A DNA stretch of 63,989 nt, filler included, from an uncultured bacterium (lineage in GTDB: Bacteria > Hinthialibacterota > Hinthialibacteria > Hinthialibacterales > Hinthialibacteraceae), in assembly GCA_964449065.1 (NCBI GenBank). It is 8 parts of 8 records of this genome, joined end to end, with 100 filler letters (N's around TTAATTAATTAA, not from the genome) between each part and the next. Parts side by side here need not be neighbours in the genome. Positions count along the whole stretch, not along the records: positions 25,032 to 33,215 come from CAYVAZ010000227.1; positions 33,316 to 41,496 come from CAYVAZ010000228.1; 6 more parts are not named here. The stretch is one strand, 5' to 3'. Below the pieces are notes generated by a model that saw only the letters and a list, made by a program, of their open reading frames with translations, made no database searches and had not been told where the DNA came from. Made by a program: the position numbers and the translations under genes. Positions 31,251 through 41,240 of this stretch are shown here, piece by piece (the stretch's first letter is position 1; the number at the start of each line of letters is the position of its first letter).

Positions 31251-33215
31251 TTAAATTGAAACCGAATAATTTCTTTGTATCTGTAAGATTTCATCCTCCA
31301 TACCGGACACCAATTGACATCGAATGCTTGTCCCGCGCTCCAGTTCGGATTCAATCGTCAACTCTCCCCCCAACTGGTTGGCGAGCGACGTCATGATCTT
31401 CATCCCCATGCCTTGTTCTGAGGGGATGCTGACAGGAATCCCTTGGCCGTCGTCTTGAATACAAACCGTTCGGCCATCCTCTGTTTGAGTGCAGGCAATG
31501 GAAATGCACCCCGCGTTGGCGTGCTTCAGCGCGTTGAACACCGCTTCGCGGATAAGGCGGTAGAGGATATCCGCCTCTTCATCGTTTTGAACTTGAAACT
31601 CCTCATCATACCGCAACGCAATTTTTGGGGGATAAATCCGCTGATACGATTCCAGCAAATCTTCCAACGCGCTCTTCAGTCCAAACTCGCCCATCTTGAC
31701 CGGATGCAGACCCATGCTCACCAGCCGGGTTTGTTCAATAGCCTTGCGCAAGAGCGTATGCATGGATTCCAGAATAGACTGGTAATCTTGTTCGGATTCA
31801 TAATCCTTCATGCACACCCGGTTATTCATATACATGATCGAAGAAAGCAGTTGCCCCAAGCCGTCGTGCAGTTCGCGCCCCAACTTCTCTTGCTCATACC
31901 GGCTCATGGCTGCCAACTGATCTTGCAGCTGCTTTTGCTCGGTATAATCCAGCACCACCAGTTCGGTATACTCTTTCTTTTGCATACCCGATACAAACGC
32001 GTAAAACGGCTGAGAAGACCGCAGCGTTGTTCCGCTTAGCATGATGTTGACCGGCTCGTCTTCATCTTGCACCGACCACACAAAACTTCTCCACGCAGAC
32101 GTATCCGCCCAGGTCTTCCAACCGGGAATCTCTTCCTCTCCCGCTTCAATCAGTTCCTTCATCGCGGGGTTCATATACACGATGTTCTGCTGTTCATCCA
32201 GGCGCAGAATACCCACCTGCGCGCGGTCGCAGAATTCTTGAAAGCTGAGTTTCTCCTGCATGAGGGCGGATTCCGCCTCGCGCTGCTGGGTGATATCTAC
32301 ACCGATTGCAAGAATTTCCTGCCGGCGTGAGGATCTGTTCTTCGAGGCGCGCAGAAACCACGAGATCCAATGGCGCTGGCCTTCCCGTTCGACTTGAATG
32401 GAGCAGTTCTGCTGGGTTTCCGGATGAGAGACCGCGCGCTGCACCGCCTGCTGGAAGCGCTCTTGTTGTTTTTCATCCGCGGTGATCCACGCATCGACCG
32501 GGGATTGTTGAAAACCGGGTTGGATGGCGCGGAAAAACGTTTCGGCGGCTTCGTTGCAGTACGTAAAGATGCCGCTTTCATCCCAATTGAGCACCAAGGT
32601 CACCGCTTCTTTATCCACCCAACGGCGGTAGCGTTCTTCTGAATGCTGCAACTTGATATAGTTGCGGTACCAGATCAGCAAAGCCAGTATGGCGATTAGC
32701 AGGGAGGTACTTACCGGAACAAGAAATGCAGGAGTCGTCCAAAAATAGGGCGCTACCGAGAAACTCGCAACCGCGGGCGTGACGGATGTATTGCGGCTTT
32801 TATCCTGCGCGCGGACTTCAAAACGGTACGCGCCCGGCTGCATGCGCTGAGTGTTGACCAGGGTTTGCGGGCTGTATGCCGACCAATCCCCCAGCGGCTG
32901 TCCGTCGCTTTCATTGACCACACGCCACGAATAGACCAACTCATCCTGTGGGGTTTCGTTCCACGCATCCCGCCCTTGAACTGAAAACACCGCGCGGTCA
33001 TTTGGATACACGTTTTTACTTCCCGCCTCGATTGCGGCATGCGGTGCTTGGCGTTCTGGCTGAAACTTGGTTATAGAATCAGCGTTCAAAATCCAAATCA
33101 CACCGCTTTGATCTTCATACAGCGAAATAACTGTGGTTTCCGGAGCGCCATCCGAGGCGTTATACTTTACCCAGCGTCCGTTTTTATAAGACATCACCCC
33201 GCCTGAAAACAACCC
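31251..33215 (-). CDS. sensor histidine kinase (Ig-like/Y_Y_Y, TM, PAS, HisKA_3, HATPase), 5'-truncated
   Basis: RELHDGLGQLL, EAVFNALKHA, DDGQG, GMGMKIM. Confidence 0.9.
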   Translation of the reverse strand, partial: GLFSGGVMSYKNGRWVKYNASDGAPETTVISLYEDQSGVIWILNADSITKFQPERQAPHAAIEAGSKNVYPNDRAVFSVQGRDAWNETPQDELVYSWRVVNESDGQPLGDWSAYSPQTLVNTQRMQPGAYRFEVRAQDKSRNTSVTPAVASFSVAPYFWTTPAFLVPVSTSLLIAILALLIWYRNYIKLQHSEERYRRWVDKEAVTLVLNWDESGIFTYCNEAAETFFRAIQPGFQQSPVDAWITADEKQQERFQQAVQRAVSHPETQQNCSIQVEREGQRHWISWFLRASKNRSSRRQEILAIGVDITQQREAESALMQEKLSFQEFCDRAQVGILRLDEQQNIVYMNPAMKELIEAGEEEIPGWKTWADTSAWRSFVWSVQDEDEPVNIMLSGTTLRSSQPFYAFVSGMQKKEYTELVVLDYTEQKQLQDQLAAMSRYEQEKLGRELHDGLGQLLSSIMYMNNRVCMKDYESEQDYQSILESMHTLLRKAIEQTRLVSMGLHPVKMGEFGLKSALEDLLESYQRIYPPKIALRYDEEFQVQNDEEADILYRLIREAVFNALKHANAGCISIACTQTEDGRTVCIQDDGQGIPVSIPSEQGMGMKIMTSLANQLGGELTIESELERGTSIRCQLVSGMEDEILQIQRNYSVSI

Positions 33216-33644
33216 NNNNNNNNNNNNNNNNNNNNNNNNNNNNNNNNNNNNNNNNNNNNTTAATTAATTAANNNNNNNNNNNNNNNNNNNNNNNNNNNNN
33301 NNNNNNNNNNNNNNNTGATATAAAGTATGAAGACCATTGGATGAATTGGCTGGCGACGGGGACACATCATGGCACAGAATGAGAAATGGATTTGTATAGA
33401 GATCGTGAACAGTAAAAACAATAAGACGATGAAACTTTATCATCCGCCAAAAGATGGTGCTGCTGGAGAAGATGTTGATCGGGATTGCTTTATCCCATAA
33501 AAAAACTCTTATAAAATCTCTCGTTATTACAACAAAACTCTTCGCATACCAACCTCCATGTTCATCCCGGGAAGTCATCCTTTCTGATTTTCACACCAAT
33601 CCGTCCGCTCGCGTGCACTAGAAAATAGGACTGGATAATATGAC

Positions 33645-33673
33645 TTGGCAATAACCACATAAGGTTATACCAT
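33645..33673 (+). promoter_or_regulatory. sigma-70 promoter with overlapping operator palindrome
   Basis: TTGGCA-N17-TACCAT; ATAACC-N6-GGTTAT at 33651-33668. Confidence 0.6.
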
Positions 33674-33678
33674 AACCT

Positions 33679-33945
33679 ATAAAATATGAAGTCAAAATCA
33701 AAAAGAAAATAAACCGCAGGCTGAAAACACTGCCTGTCGATGTGCAAAAACTTCTATTTTTACTGATTGAAGACCTGAAAGCTGATAGTCCGATTCAGAA
33801 AAGCTGGAGCAATTTTTCCCCCTTGGGTGATGACAAATACCATTGCCATTTAAATTACCGCTATGTGGCGTGCTGGACGTACCGGCAAGGGGAAATCGAA
33901 ATTGAGGTGTACTATGTTGGCTCTCGTGAAAAAGCCCCATATTGA
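33679..33945 (+). CDS. RelE/HigB-like toxin with ATA at the expected start
   Basis: Open frame (I)KYEVKIKKKINRRLKTLPVDVQ...YHCHLNYRYVACW...EVYYVGSREKAPY. Confidence 0.7.
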   Translation: MKYEVKIKKKINRRLKTLPVDVQKLLFLLIEDLKADSPIQKSWSNFSPLGDDKYHCHLNYRYVACWTYRQGEIEIEVYYVGSREKAPY

Positions 33946-34288
33946 GTTATCTCTTCAGGGAGAGAAAGTTGATGAACTAGTGGATTGGATTCGTCAAAAA
34001 TATGAAATTAGCATTCTCACCCCTGAGAATTCTGACAGCATATCGATTGAAGAAACGGACTTTTGGAAAGAGATGCAGTCAAACAGAATTGGCAATCTTC
34101 TTGTAGGCGCAAGACTGAAAGCAAATCTTTCACAATCGCAGCTTGCCGAAAAACTTGGTGTCCGCCAAAACATGATCAGCGATTATGAGAGAGGAAAGCG
34201 GAAGCTGTCTCCGGCAATGGCAAAACGGATAGCCGAAGTTCTTCAGATTAAGGTTGATAGAATCTCAGGATGCAAAAAAACGGCTTGA
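33914..34288 (+). CDS. HigA-like XRE-HTH antitoxin
   Basis: GAGGTG RBS; GARLKANLSQSQLAEKLGVRQNMISDYERGKR. Confidence 0.85.
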   Translation: MLALVKKPHIELSLQGEKVDELVDWIRQKYEISILTPENSDSISIEETDFWKEMQSNRIGNLLVGARLKANLSQSQLAEKLGVRQNMISDYERGKRKLSPAMAKRIAEVLQIKVDRISGCKKTA

Positions 34289-34516
34289 TCCGGCACCGGG
34301 AATTCAGTCAGAGTGAATGAAGGTTGTTCGCGATACCCATCATGACTTTTTTCATCCTTGTTATGAAATCAAACATTTTCATTGCAACTTGATTGAATAC
34401 AATACCGGTTTAATCAGTCAGTGGATATGACATAAGATAAGTCACTTGCTTTATGGGAGACCGAAACATCCCCAATCATTTCTATACAATTTGATTTTAT
34501 AAATGGGTTAAGCCGC

Positions 34517-35701
34517 ATGATTCCTGGATACCAACAACTGCGCCAATTAAAGATGGATAAGCCGGTATACGGCATCGGCCTTATGTCGGGGACATCCGTC
34601 GATGCGGTGGATGCGGCGTTGGTACGAATTCACACCAATGAATCACCGCCGTTGAAAATCGAAGCCTTTATCGAACACCCCATCGCGGATGCGTTGCGCG
34701 AACGCATCTTATCTTCCATGCAACCGGAACACTCGCATGTCGATACCATCTGTCAACTCAATTTTGAGATCGGGGAACAATTCGCGGGAGCCGCTCTGGC
34801 ATTGATACAATCTGCATCCATACCACAAAAGCAAATTGCTTTCATCGGTTCCCACGGGCAAACCATTTATCATATTCCGAAAGTGGATAACTCGCGAAAC
34901 TGGCATACGCCTTCCACGCTGCAAATCGGTGAGCCTGCCATCATCGCCGAACGAACCGGAATCCCTACCGTCGCTGATTTTCGCGTACGCGACATGGCGG
35001 CGGGCGGCACCGGGGCTCCGCTCATCCCCTTCTTCGATGCCTTCATGTTCGCGGATGATTCGCAAGATATACTCTGCCAAAACCTGGGAGGCATTGCCAA
35101 CTGCACCCTCATCACCAAGGATGCCAACATCACCGCCTTCGATTCCGGTCCCGCCAACATGGTGATGGATGCACTCATGCGCCATTTCTTTGTCAATAAA
35201 ACGCATGACAAAAATGGTGAAATATCCCGTAAGGGAACGGTGAATGAGGATAGACTTACGGAACTGCTGCAACATTCATTCTTCAAACTGCCTCCACCGA
35301 AAGCAACAGGACACGAAGACTTCGGCGATGCGTTCGTGAAAGACTTTCTCCAAATGACAGATTGGAAACCGGAAGACGCCCTCGCCACCGCCTGCGAACT
35401 CACCGCCCAAAGCATCACAAACGCTTACCGCGATTTCATATTCCCTCACGCGCGGCCAATGCGCGTAATATGCAGCGGGGGCGGAACGTTAAACCCCCAT
35501 CTTATGCGGCGCCTGCGAACGCGCTGCCCCGAAATGCATTGGAACACCATCGACGAATTCGGCATCTCCTCCACCGCCAAAGAAGCCGCGGGCTTTTCTC
35601 TTTTAGCTTTTGCCACTCTCAACCGGATCACATCCAATGTTCCATCCGTCACCGGAGCAAGACACGATGTTACGCTTGGTAAGATAGTAACCGCTATATA
35701 G
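34517..35701 (+). CDS. anmK: anhydro-N-acetylmuramic acid kinase
   Basis: GLMSGTSVDAVD, GSHGQT, DFRVRDMAAGGTGAPL, NLGGIAN, DSGPAN. Confidence 0.95.
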   Translation: MIPGYQQLRQLKMDKPVYGIGLMSGTSVDAVDAALVRIHTNESPPLKIEAFIEHPIADALRERILSSMQPEHSHVDTICQLNFEIGEQFAGAALALIQSASIPQKQIAFIGSHGQTIYHIPKVDNSRNWHTPSTLQIGEPAIIAERTGIPTVADFRVRDMAAGGTGAPLIPFFDAFMFADDSQDILCQNLGGIANCTLITKDANITAFDSGPANMVMDALMRHFFVNKTHDKNGEISRKGTVNEDRLTELLQHSFFKLPPPKATGHEDFGDAFVKDFLQMTDWKPEDALATACELTAQSITNAYRDFIFPHARPMRVICSGGGTLNPHLMRRLRTRCPEMHWNTIDEFGISSTAKEAAGFSLLAFATLNRITSNVPSVTGARHDVTLGKIVTAI

Positions 35702-35864
35702 TCGGCCGCAGGTTCGATCCAATTCCCGGTTGTAGACCAATCTTGAGATTACAATAATGTAAGACTGTACCATCGTTGCGTAACATCAGTCAGTAATCTA
35801 GTAGATTGTCAATCAAAAAATGACGGCTGGTCATCCGTTGTTTCTCCCCCCTTGATAAAGAGGG

Positions 35865-36487
35865 CAATGTCATTGATTTAAGGTATTAAACTTGAAAACG
35901 CAACATCATCTCCCCCAAATTTGCTAAGGTTTTCCCAAAAAAATTAGTAAATCACTTGCCATCGATATGTTCGTTGTGGGTAGCACTGGCTTCCAGCCAG
36001 TACGTCAAACTGTACAACTCAATGTGAATATACTTAAAAGAAGTCGTCCAAACAATGTTTTTCAAAAAGCGGTATTTTTGGGAGGGCGAAGCTCCCTCCG
36101 AGCCAGAAGCACGCTCCGTTGTTGCCCCCTTATTAAGGGGGGTTAGGGGGGATTCAAGAATCAACGCAGCCCATCCACTCACAAAGCGCAACCCTAGGAG
36201 GGCGAGGCTCCCGCCGAGCCAGCGGCACGCTTTCCTTCTCTGATAATCCTAAATAAAACCGGTATGAAACTCTAAGAACTGGGTATGCCCACGTTGTTAT
36301 TCGCACGCATTCGCGTGCATTCGCGGTTGAAAATATGGTGCAGGCTTCCAGCCCGCAAAAGTCTTTGTCTCCCCCAAAGCATTTGGGGGAGATGTCCGAC
36401 GCAAGGAGAACAGAGGGGGTTATGAAGAACGCAATCACTTATTTTATTAAACAAATCCCCCGAAATTTTTTTAAGTCAATGACATTG
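35865..36487. repeat. composite REP/MITE cluster
   Basis: CAATGTCATTGATTTAA left end, GTAGCACTGGCTTCCAGCCAG, GGGAGGGCGAAGCTCCC, CCCCCTTATTAAGGGGG, right end TTAAGTCAATGACATTG. Confidence 0.8.
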
Positions 36488-36754
36488 GAGTAAAGGGAAT
36501 TGACACCCGACATTCAATCGTTGACACAGTACGAGAATTTTCTCGTGTACCGAAAAAGTACAATCTGTTGATTTTCAGTCCGTTTATGCTAATATGCTTG
36601 TATACGCATAAACGCTTATTTTATTTTAATGAAGTCAATTAGAATTTTCCGTCTATTTTCTTATTGTCAAAAAGCGCCCCGCTAGTTCCCGCTGTATTTT
36701 TGCATTGCAATGTTTGATGTTTTTATGCTTTAAAATCTTGTTGAGAGGTGTGTT

Positions 36755-37927
36755 ATGTCTATGAATAAAAAACAAAATACGATCGAAACAAAACACTCTA
36801 ATGGAAATAAAAGAGTGAAATACATTCGTAAAATCGATCAAATCCCGAACATTCCAGAAAACGACCGTAAAATTCTTGAAGAAGTCTCAAAAACGTATGT
36901 TTTCCGTGCCAATGATTATTATCTAGGCTTAATCAACTGGAATGATCCTTACGACCCCATCAAGCAGCTCATCATTCCCCGCGCAGAAGAACTGCACGAT
37001 TGGGGCGAGTTGGATGCCAGCAACGAAAAAGCGGTTACCGTCGCCAACGGTGTGCAGCACAAATACACCGACACGGTTCTGTTGTTGTGTAACGAAGTTT
37101 GCGGTGCCTACTGCCGCTATTGCTTCCGCAAACGTCTGTTTATGGATGAAAACGATGAAGTCACCAACGATGTCTCTGCCGGAATCAACTACATCGCCAA
37201 CCATCCGGAAGTAAGCAATGTCTTGCTGACCGGCGGTGATCCGCTCTTAATGAGCACCCGCAAGCTGGTGGATATCTTTGAAGCTCTGCGTCAAATTCCA
37301 CATGTGAAAATTATCAGATTAGGCAGCAAAATGCCTGCCTTTAACCCTTGGCGTATTTTGAATGATGAAAAACTGCAAGAAGCCTTTCGAACCTATTCCA
37401 CCAAAGACAAACGCGTCTACTTAATGGCGCACTTCGATCATCCCCGTGAATTAACCGAACCGGCTATCGAAGGCATTGACTGTGCCATCCGCAACGGTGT
37501 CATCTGCATCAATCAAAACCCGCTCATTCGCGGAATCAATGACGACCCGGATGTCCTCGCCTCGATGTACAATAAGCTTTCCTACATCGGCTGCCCGCCC
37601 TATTACCTGTTCCAAGGCAGACCGACAGCCGGTAACGAACCGTATGAAGTACCGCTTGTCGAAGGATGGAACATCTTTCAGGAAGCCATCACCATGGGCT
37701 CCGGCTTGGCACGGCGGGCACGCTTCTGCATGTCGCACGAAACCGGAAAAATTGAAATCATGGCCGTGGATGAGAAATACATCTACACCCGCTATCATCA
37801 GGCGAAAGATACCCGAAACTATGGCCGTTTTATGATTTTCCACCGCGATGATGAAGCCTATTGGTTAGACCAGCTCGAACCGGTTAAACTTCCCGCTTTC
37901 AGTGAATTGGAATTGGAAAGAGTGTAA
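36755..37927 (+). CDS. KamA-family radical SAM aminomutase
   Basis: HKYTDTVLL, CGAYCRYCFRKR, LLTGGDPL, PYYLFQ. Confidence 0.9.
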   Translation: MSMNKKQNTIETKHSNGNKRVKYIRKIDQIPNIPENDRKILEEVSKTYVFRANDYYLGLINWNDPYDPIKQLIIPRAEELHDWGELDASNEKAVTVANGVQHKYTDTVLLLCNEVCGAYCRYCFRKRLFMDENDEVTNDVSAGINYIANHPEVSNVLLTGGDPLLMSTRKLVDIFEALRQIPHVKIIRLGSKMPAFNPWRILNDEKLQEAFRTYSTKDKRVYLMAHFDHPRELTEPAIEGIDCAIRNGVICINQNPLIRGINDDPDVLASMYNKLSYIGCPPYYLFQGRPTAGNEPYEVPLVEGWNIFQEAITMGSGLARRARFCMSHETGKIEIMAVDEKYIYTRYHQAKDTRNYGRFMIFHRDDEAYWLDQLEPVKLPAFSELELERV

Positions 37928-37949
37928 AAGGATATAGTGTATTCTTGAT

Positions 37950-38918
37950 TTACGTTGCAGCGGCAGGTTTGGTCTGCAAAAAGGCGTCGGCGAATATCTC
38001 TTTATTCGAGGCACCTTTGATAAATATCTTCTTCCGCATCGAAAACACCAAATCCGGATTCCCGCATAAATACGCGCGCCATCCGGCAAACGAATCCGCC
38101 ACGTTCATTGCCAATTCCTGCAAATCACCAATATGAATTTCATCGCTGTTTTCCCCATGCAACGCACAGGCTTGATAGTGAACATTTTCATGCCGCTGGG
38201 ACAGTTCGATCAACTCATTCACATAATACAACCGGTCCGCAACTGTTGATCCATGCAAAATATGGATATCACCCGTATGCTGATGCTGCAAAGCATCCCG
38301 CAATATTCCAAACAATGGTGCCAATCCGGTAGCAGTGCCCGCCAATAACAGCGGTTGATCCGTCTTGGCTTTTACATAAAAACATTCGCCAACCGGCCCG
38401 CGGATTTTAACGGCATCCCCCTCTTGCAGCGTGGTGAATATCCACCCGCTCATTTCACCCTGCGGCACCCGCTCAACATGCAGTTCGATATCCTCACCCG
38501 GCAGCGAAGCGATCGAATAACTGCGAATCACATTGTCTTCCCGCACCAACTGCAAATACTGCCCGGCCCGGAATTCAAAAGGGTCTTGCGGAGCCAATCT
38601 GAGCCGCATTACACTTTTATTCAACAGGTCTTTACCGGTTACCGTTGCGGTTACTTCACTATGCGCTTCACCGATTTCCAAATCCTCAGTAGGAACACAT
38701 TGACAAGCCAAAAAATACCCCTGTTCAATAAAGGTATCCTTCAACCCATGTTGAGAATTCGCGGGGGGATTCCCCTTCGTAGTACGCATCATGCACGCTT
38801 GACAGGCCCCGCTGCGGCAGGAATATGCGGCATCAATCTGATGCCGCAACAGTCCATCCAAAACGGTTTCATTCTCCAACAACTCAATGGTTTTGCTTTG
38901 ATAAATTACGGCTGGCAT
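37950..38918 (-). CDS. 2Fe-2S ferredoxin/FAD/NAD(P)H oxidoreductase
   Basis: CRSGACQAC...LACQ; RSYSIAS; GTATGLAP; YLCGNP. Confidence 0.92.
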   Translation of the reverse strand: MPAVIYQSKTIELLENETVLDGLLRHQIDAAYSCRSGACQACMMRTTKGNPPANSQHGLKDTFIEQGYFLACQCVPTEDLEIGEAHSEVTATVTGKDLLNKSVMRLRLAPQDPFEFRAGQYLQLVREDNVIRSYSIASLPGEDIELHVERVPQGEMSGWIFTTLQEGDAVKIRGPVGECFYVKAKTDQPLLLAGTATGLAPLFGILRDALQHQHTGDIHILHGSTVADRLYYVNELIELSQRHENVHYQACALHGENSDEIHIGDLQELAMNVADSFAGWRAYLCGNPDLVFSMRKKIFIKGASNKEIFADAFLQTKPAAAT

Positions 38919-38940
38919 ACAACACGTTTCCTATTCAACC

Positions 38941-39306
38941 TTACCGGTTCAAAACATCATCCCGGACACTTTCCGCAACGGCGGCCACCTCACCGATAGT
39001 TTCATCATCCACGCCCAACTCTTTTAACGTCGTGCCCAAATTCTCAATCACGGCATCCACGTGCGAATCATCCATGCCCCGTTCCACCAAATGCTTATGG
39101 CCTTCCCGCATATCCTTGCCGGTATAATTGTGCGGACCACCGAACGCCATTGTCAAAAAACTCTTTTGCTTGGCGATTTGTTGGTCCATGTCCACATCAT
39201 CAAAAAACCGGTTGATGCGGTCATCTGCCAGAACCTTGCGGTAAAAAATTTCAACTGCTTTTTCAACAGACTCTTGTCCACCCAAACGTTCATACAATGA
39301 AGCCAT
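38941..39306 (-). CDS. glbN: group I truncated haemoglobin
   Basis: SLYERLGG, FYRKVLAD.RI..FF, KQKSFLTMAFGGP..YTGKDM. Confidence 0.93.
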   Translation of the reverse strand: MASLYERLGGQESVEKAVEIFYRKVLADDRINRFFDDVDMDQQIAKQKSFLTMAFGGPHNYTGKDMREGHKHLVERGMDDSHVDAVIENLGTTLKELGVDDETIGEVAAVAESVRDDVLNR

Positions 39307-39321
39307 AATCTTCCTCCTTAA

Positions 39322-39348
39322 TAAAGATGTATATAATATACATCTTTA
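39322..39348. promoter_or_regulatory. NsrR operator
   Basis: Perfect 13-1-13 palindrome TAAAGATGTATAT-A-ATATACATCTTTA matching the AAGATG..CATCTT NsrR box, abutting the glbN RBS. Confidence 0.85.
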
Positions 39349-39450
39349 ATGGATTCGCGCAAGAGTTCAGTTCAAAATTCTTGGCACAAATTTATTTTTT
39401 ATGTATTATGTACTGTAAATATATAATATTCTAATCGCATCGGAAAGACT

Positions 39451-39897
39451 ATGCATCTAACCCACTATACCGATTATTCATTACGAACCTTGATTTTTCT
39501 ATCCATCCATCCGGAAGAAAAAGTATCCATCCAAGAAATCGCCGACTTTTTTGAGATATCCAAAGACCATCTTGTCAAAGTGGTGCACAACCTTAGCTGT
39601 TTGGGGTATATAAATAGCTTGCGGGGGAGACATGGCGGTATCCGTTTGAACGGCAAACCGGAAGATATCAATGTAGGCGAGGTCGTCCGAAAAGTAGAAC
39701 CCCATTTTCATTTAGTGGATTGCTTAAACCGGGAGGCACATTACTGCAAGGTTACCCCCGTTTGCAAACTCAAACACGTCTTAGAAGATGCCTTGGAGCA
39801 ATTCATCGCCGTCTTGGATCAATACACTTTGGCCGATATGGTCGAAGATCGCGAAACCGCCGTTCAACTCATAGGGATTGAACCGGTAGCGAATTAA
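39451..39897 (+). CDS. nsrR: Rrf2-family NO-sensing repressor
   Basis: MHLTHYTDYSLRTL, HLVKVVH.L, RGRHGG, three Cys in DCLNREAHYCKVTPVC. Confidence 0.9.
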   Translation: MHLTHYTDYSLRTLIFLSIHPEEKVSIQEIADFFEISKDHLVKVVHNLSCLGYINSLRGRHGGIRLNGKPEDINVGEVVRKVEPHFHLVDCLNREAHYCKVTPVCKLKHVLEDALEQFIAVLDQYTLADMVEDRETAVQLIGIEPVAN

Positions 39898-39900
39898 ATC

Positions 39901-40458
39901 TTACGATTTCAATTCCGGTTTCCAGATGACATCGAGTATATTGCAGCGATGGTTTTGCACCCGCGCCATTACAAAAAGCAAATCCGAAAGGCGGTTGACA
40001 AACCGCAGCAGGATATAGCCCTCCTGTTCGGCTTCCACCACATTCACAATCAACCGTTCCGCGCGGCGGCATACCGTCCGGGCTTGGTGCAAAAATGAAG
40101 AGGCTTTAGCCCCTCCCGGCAAAATAAAATTCCGCAATTCCGGAAGTTCGGCTTGCAGTTCATCAATCCACTGTTCCATTAGCGTGACATGAGAGTCTTC
40201 AATCCGGCTGGGTTTCCATCCCTCTTCGGTACGCGAAAACGCCAAATCGGCTCCCGCGTCAAAAAGCATATTCTGGATCACTTCCGTTTTTTCTTGCAGA
40301 CCCGCATCCAATCCAAACGCGGCCGCACAGCCCAGAATCGCGTTCAGTTCGTCAATCGTGCCGTATGCTTCCACCCGGTGGTCGGATTTCCGAACCCGGA
40401 TTCCTCCCCCAAGCGCAGTCGTGCCATCATCGCCGGATTTTGTGTAAATTTTTGTCAT
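39901..40458 (-). CDS. pduO: PduO-type cob(I)alamin adenosyltransferase
   Basis: KIYTKSGDDGTT, YGTIDELN, FILPGG, RTVCRRAER, NRLSD. Confidence 0.93.
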   Translation of the reverse strand: MTKIYTKSGDDGTTALGGGIRVRKSDHRVEAYGTIDELNAILGCAAAFGLDAGLQEKTEVIQNMLFDAGADLAFSRTEEGWKPSRIEDSHVTLMEQWIDELQAELPELRNFILPGGAKASSFLHQARTVCRRAERLIVNVVEAEQEGYILLRFVNRLSDLLFVMARVQNHRCNILDVIWKPELKS

Positions 40459-40857
40459 AATACCTCATGCCATTTGAATTTCCGAGTAAGCGCGGCGATA
40501 AGCCTCAGCGATAAGAAGACTTAGCAGTATCGATACTCAAGATTGTTAATGGTATTGCTATTTAACCATACCCAACATAAACAGTCACGCGCAGTCTACC
40601 CAAATCATACACGCATTCCACGGCAACAAAAAAATTGATTTGGAGAATGTGTAAGGGACATTGTTTTGCCGTCATACTAGCGAATTTCGGTATCACGTTT
40701 TGAATACTAATACCGTCTTTCGTTTGGATTGCAGCCAAAGCGCGGCGATAAGACCCAGCGAAAGAAAGACGTAACGGTTTTCTTTCACCGATGCGAATTA
40801 ATGGATTGTTTTTCGCGGGGAGTTGGCTACAATTTCCAATCCAAACGAAAATTGATT

Positions 40858-40926
40858 CGGGGTGTAGCGCAGCCTGGTAGCGCGCCTGCTTTGGGAGCAG
40901 GNNNNNNNNNNATCCCTCCACCCCGA
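40858..40926 (+). tRNA. tRNA-Pro(UGG), interrupted by a 10-N gap
   Basis: CGGGGTG/CACCCCG acceptor, D arm GCGCAGCCTGGTAGCGC, anticodon arm CCTGC-TTTGGGA-GCAGG; no encoded CCA. Confidence 0.9.
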
Positions 40927-41240
40927 TACTCATTTAACCGGGCTTACATTATCTCTTCAAAATCCATATGGTTAAAAAGTAACTATCGAGTAACTGCCGG
41001 AACATAGGTTTCAACGATTATGGTAGAAGTTCGCAATTTCGTTGAAATTCGTATGTTCGCAGGAAATTAACCCGCTATCTGGGAGTAGGGAAATAAAAAT
41101 TTCCAAATCAATTTCGAAATCAGTATTGATATAATGTGTCAATCTATTCTTGTTGCAAGAAGAACACCTGCCGAACTTCTTTTTGGTTTCAAGCCAAAAA
41201 AGATTAAATGCGGCAGTTTTTTTCTTTGTAGGGGTACAAT

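Noticed and set aside
30629..36487. Possible CRISPR array among the palindromic repeats
   Set aside because: No constant repeat with unique spacers at regular period and no cas genes; these are dispersed REP/MITE-like elements
40459..40700. Cobalamin riboswitch upstream of pduO
   Set aside because: No recognisable B12-box or conserved GGGAA/GCCACTG core on the coding strand
40858..40926. Split or intron-containing tRNA-Pro
   Set aside because: The interruption is a 10-N scaffold gap; the missing part is just the variable loop and 5' T arm
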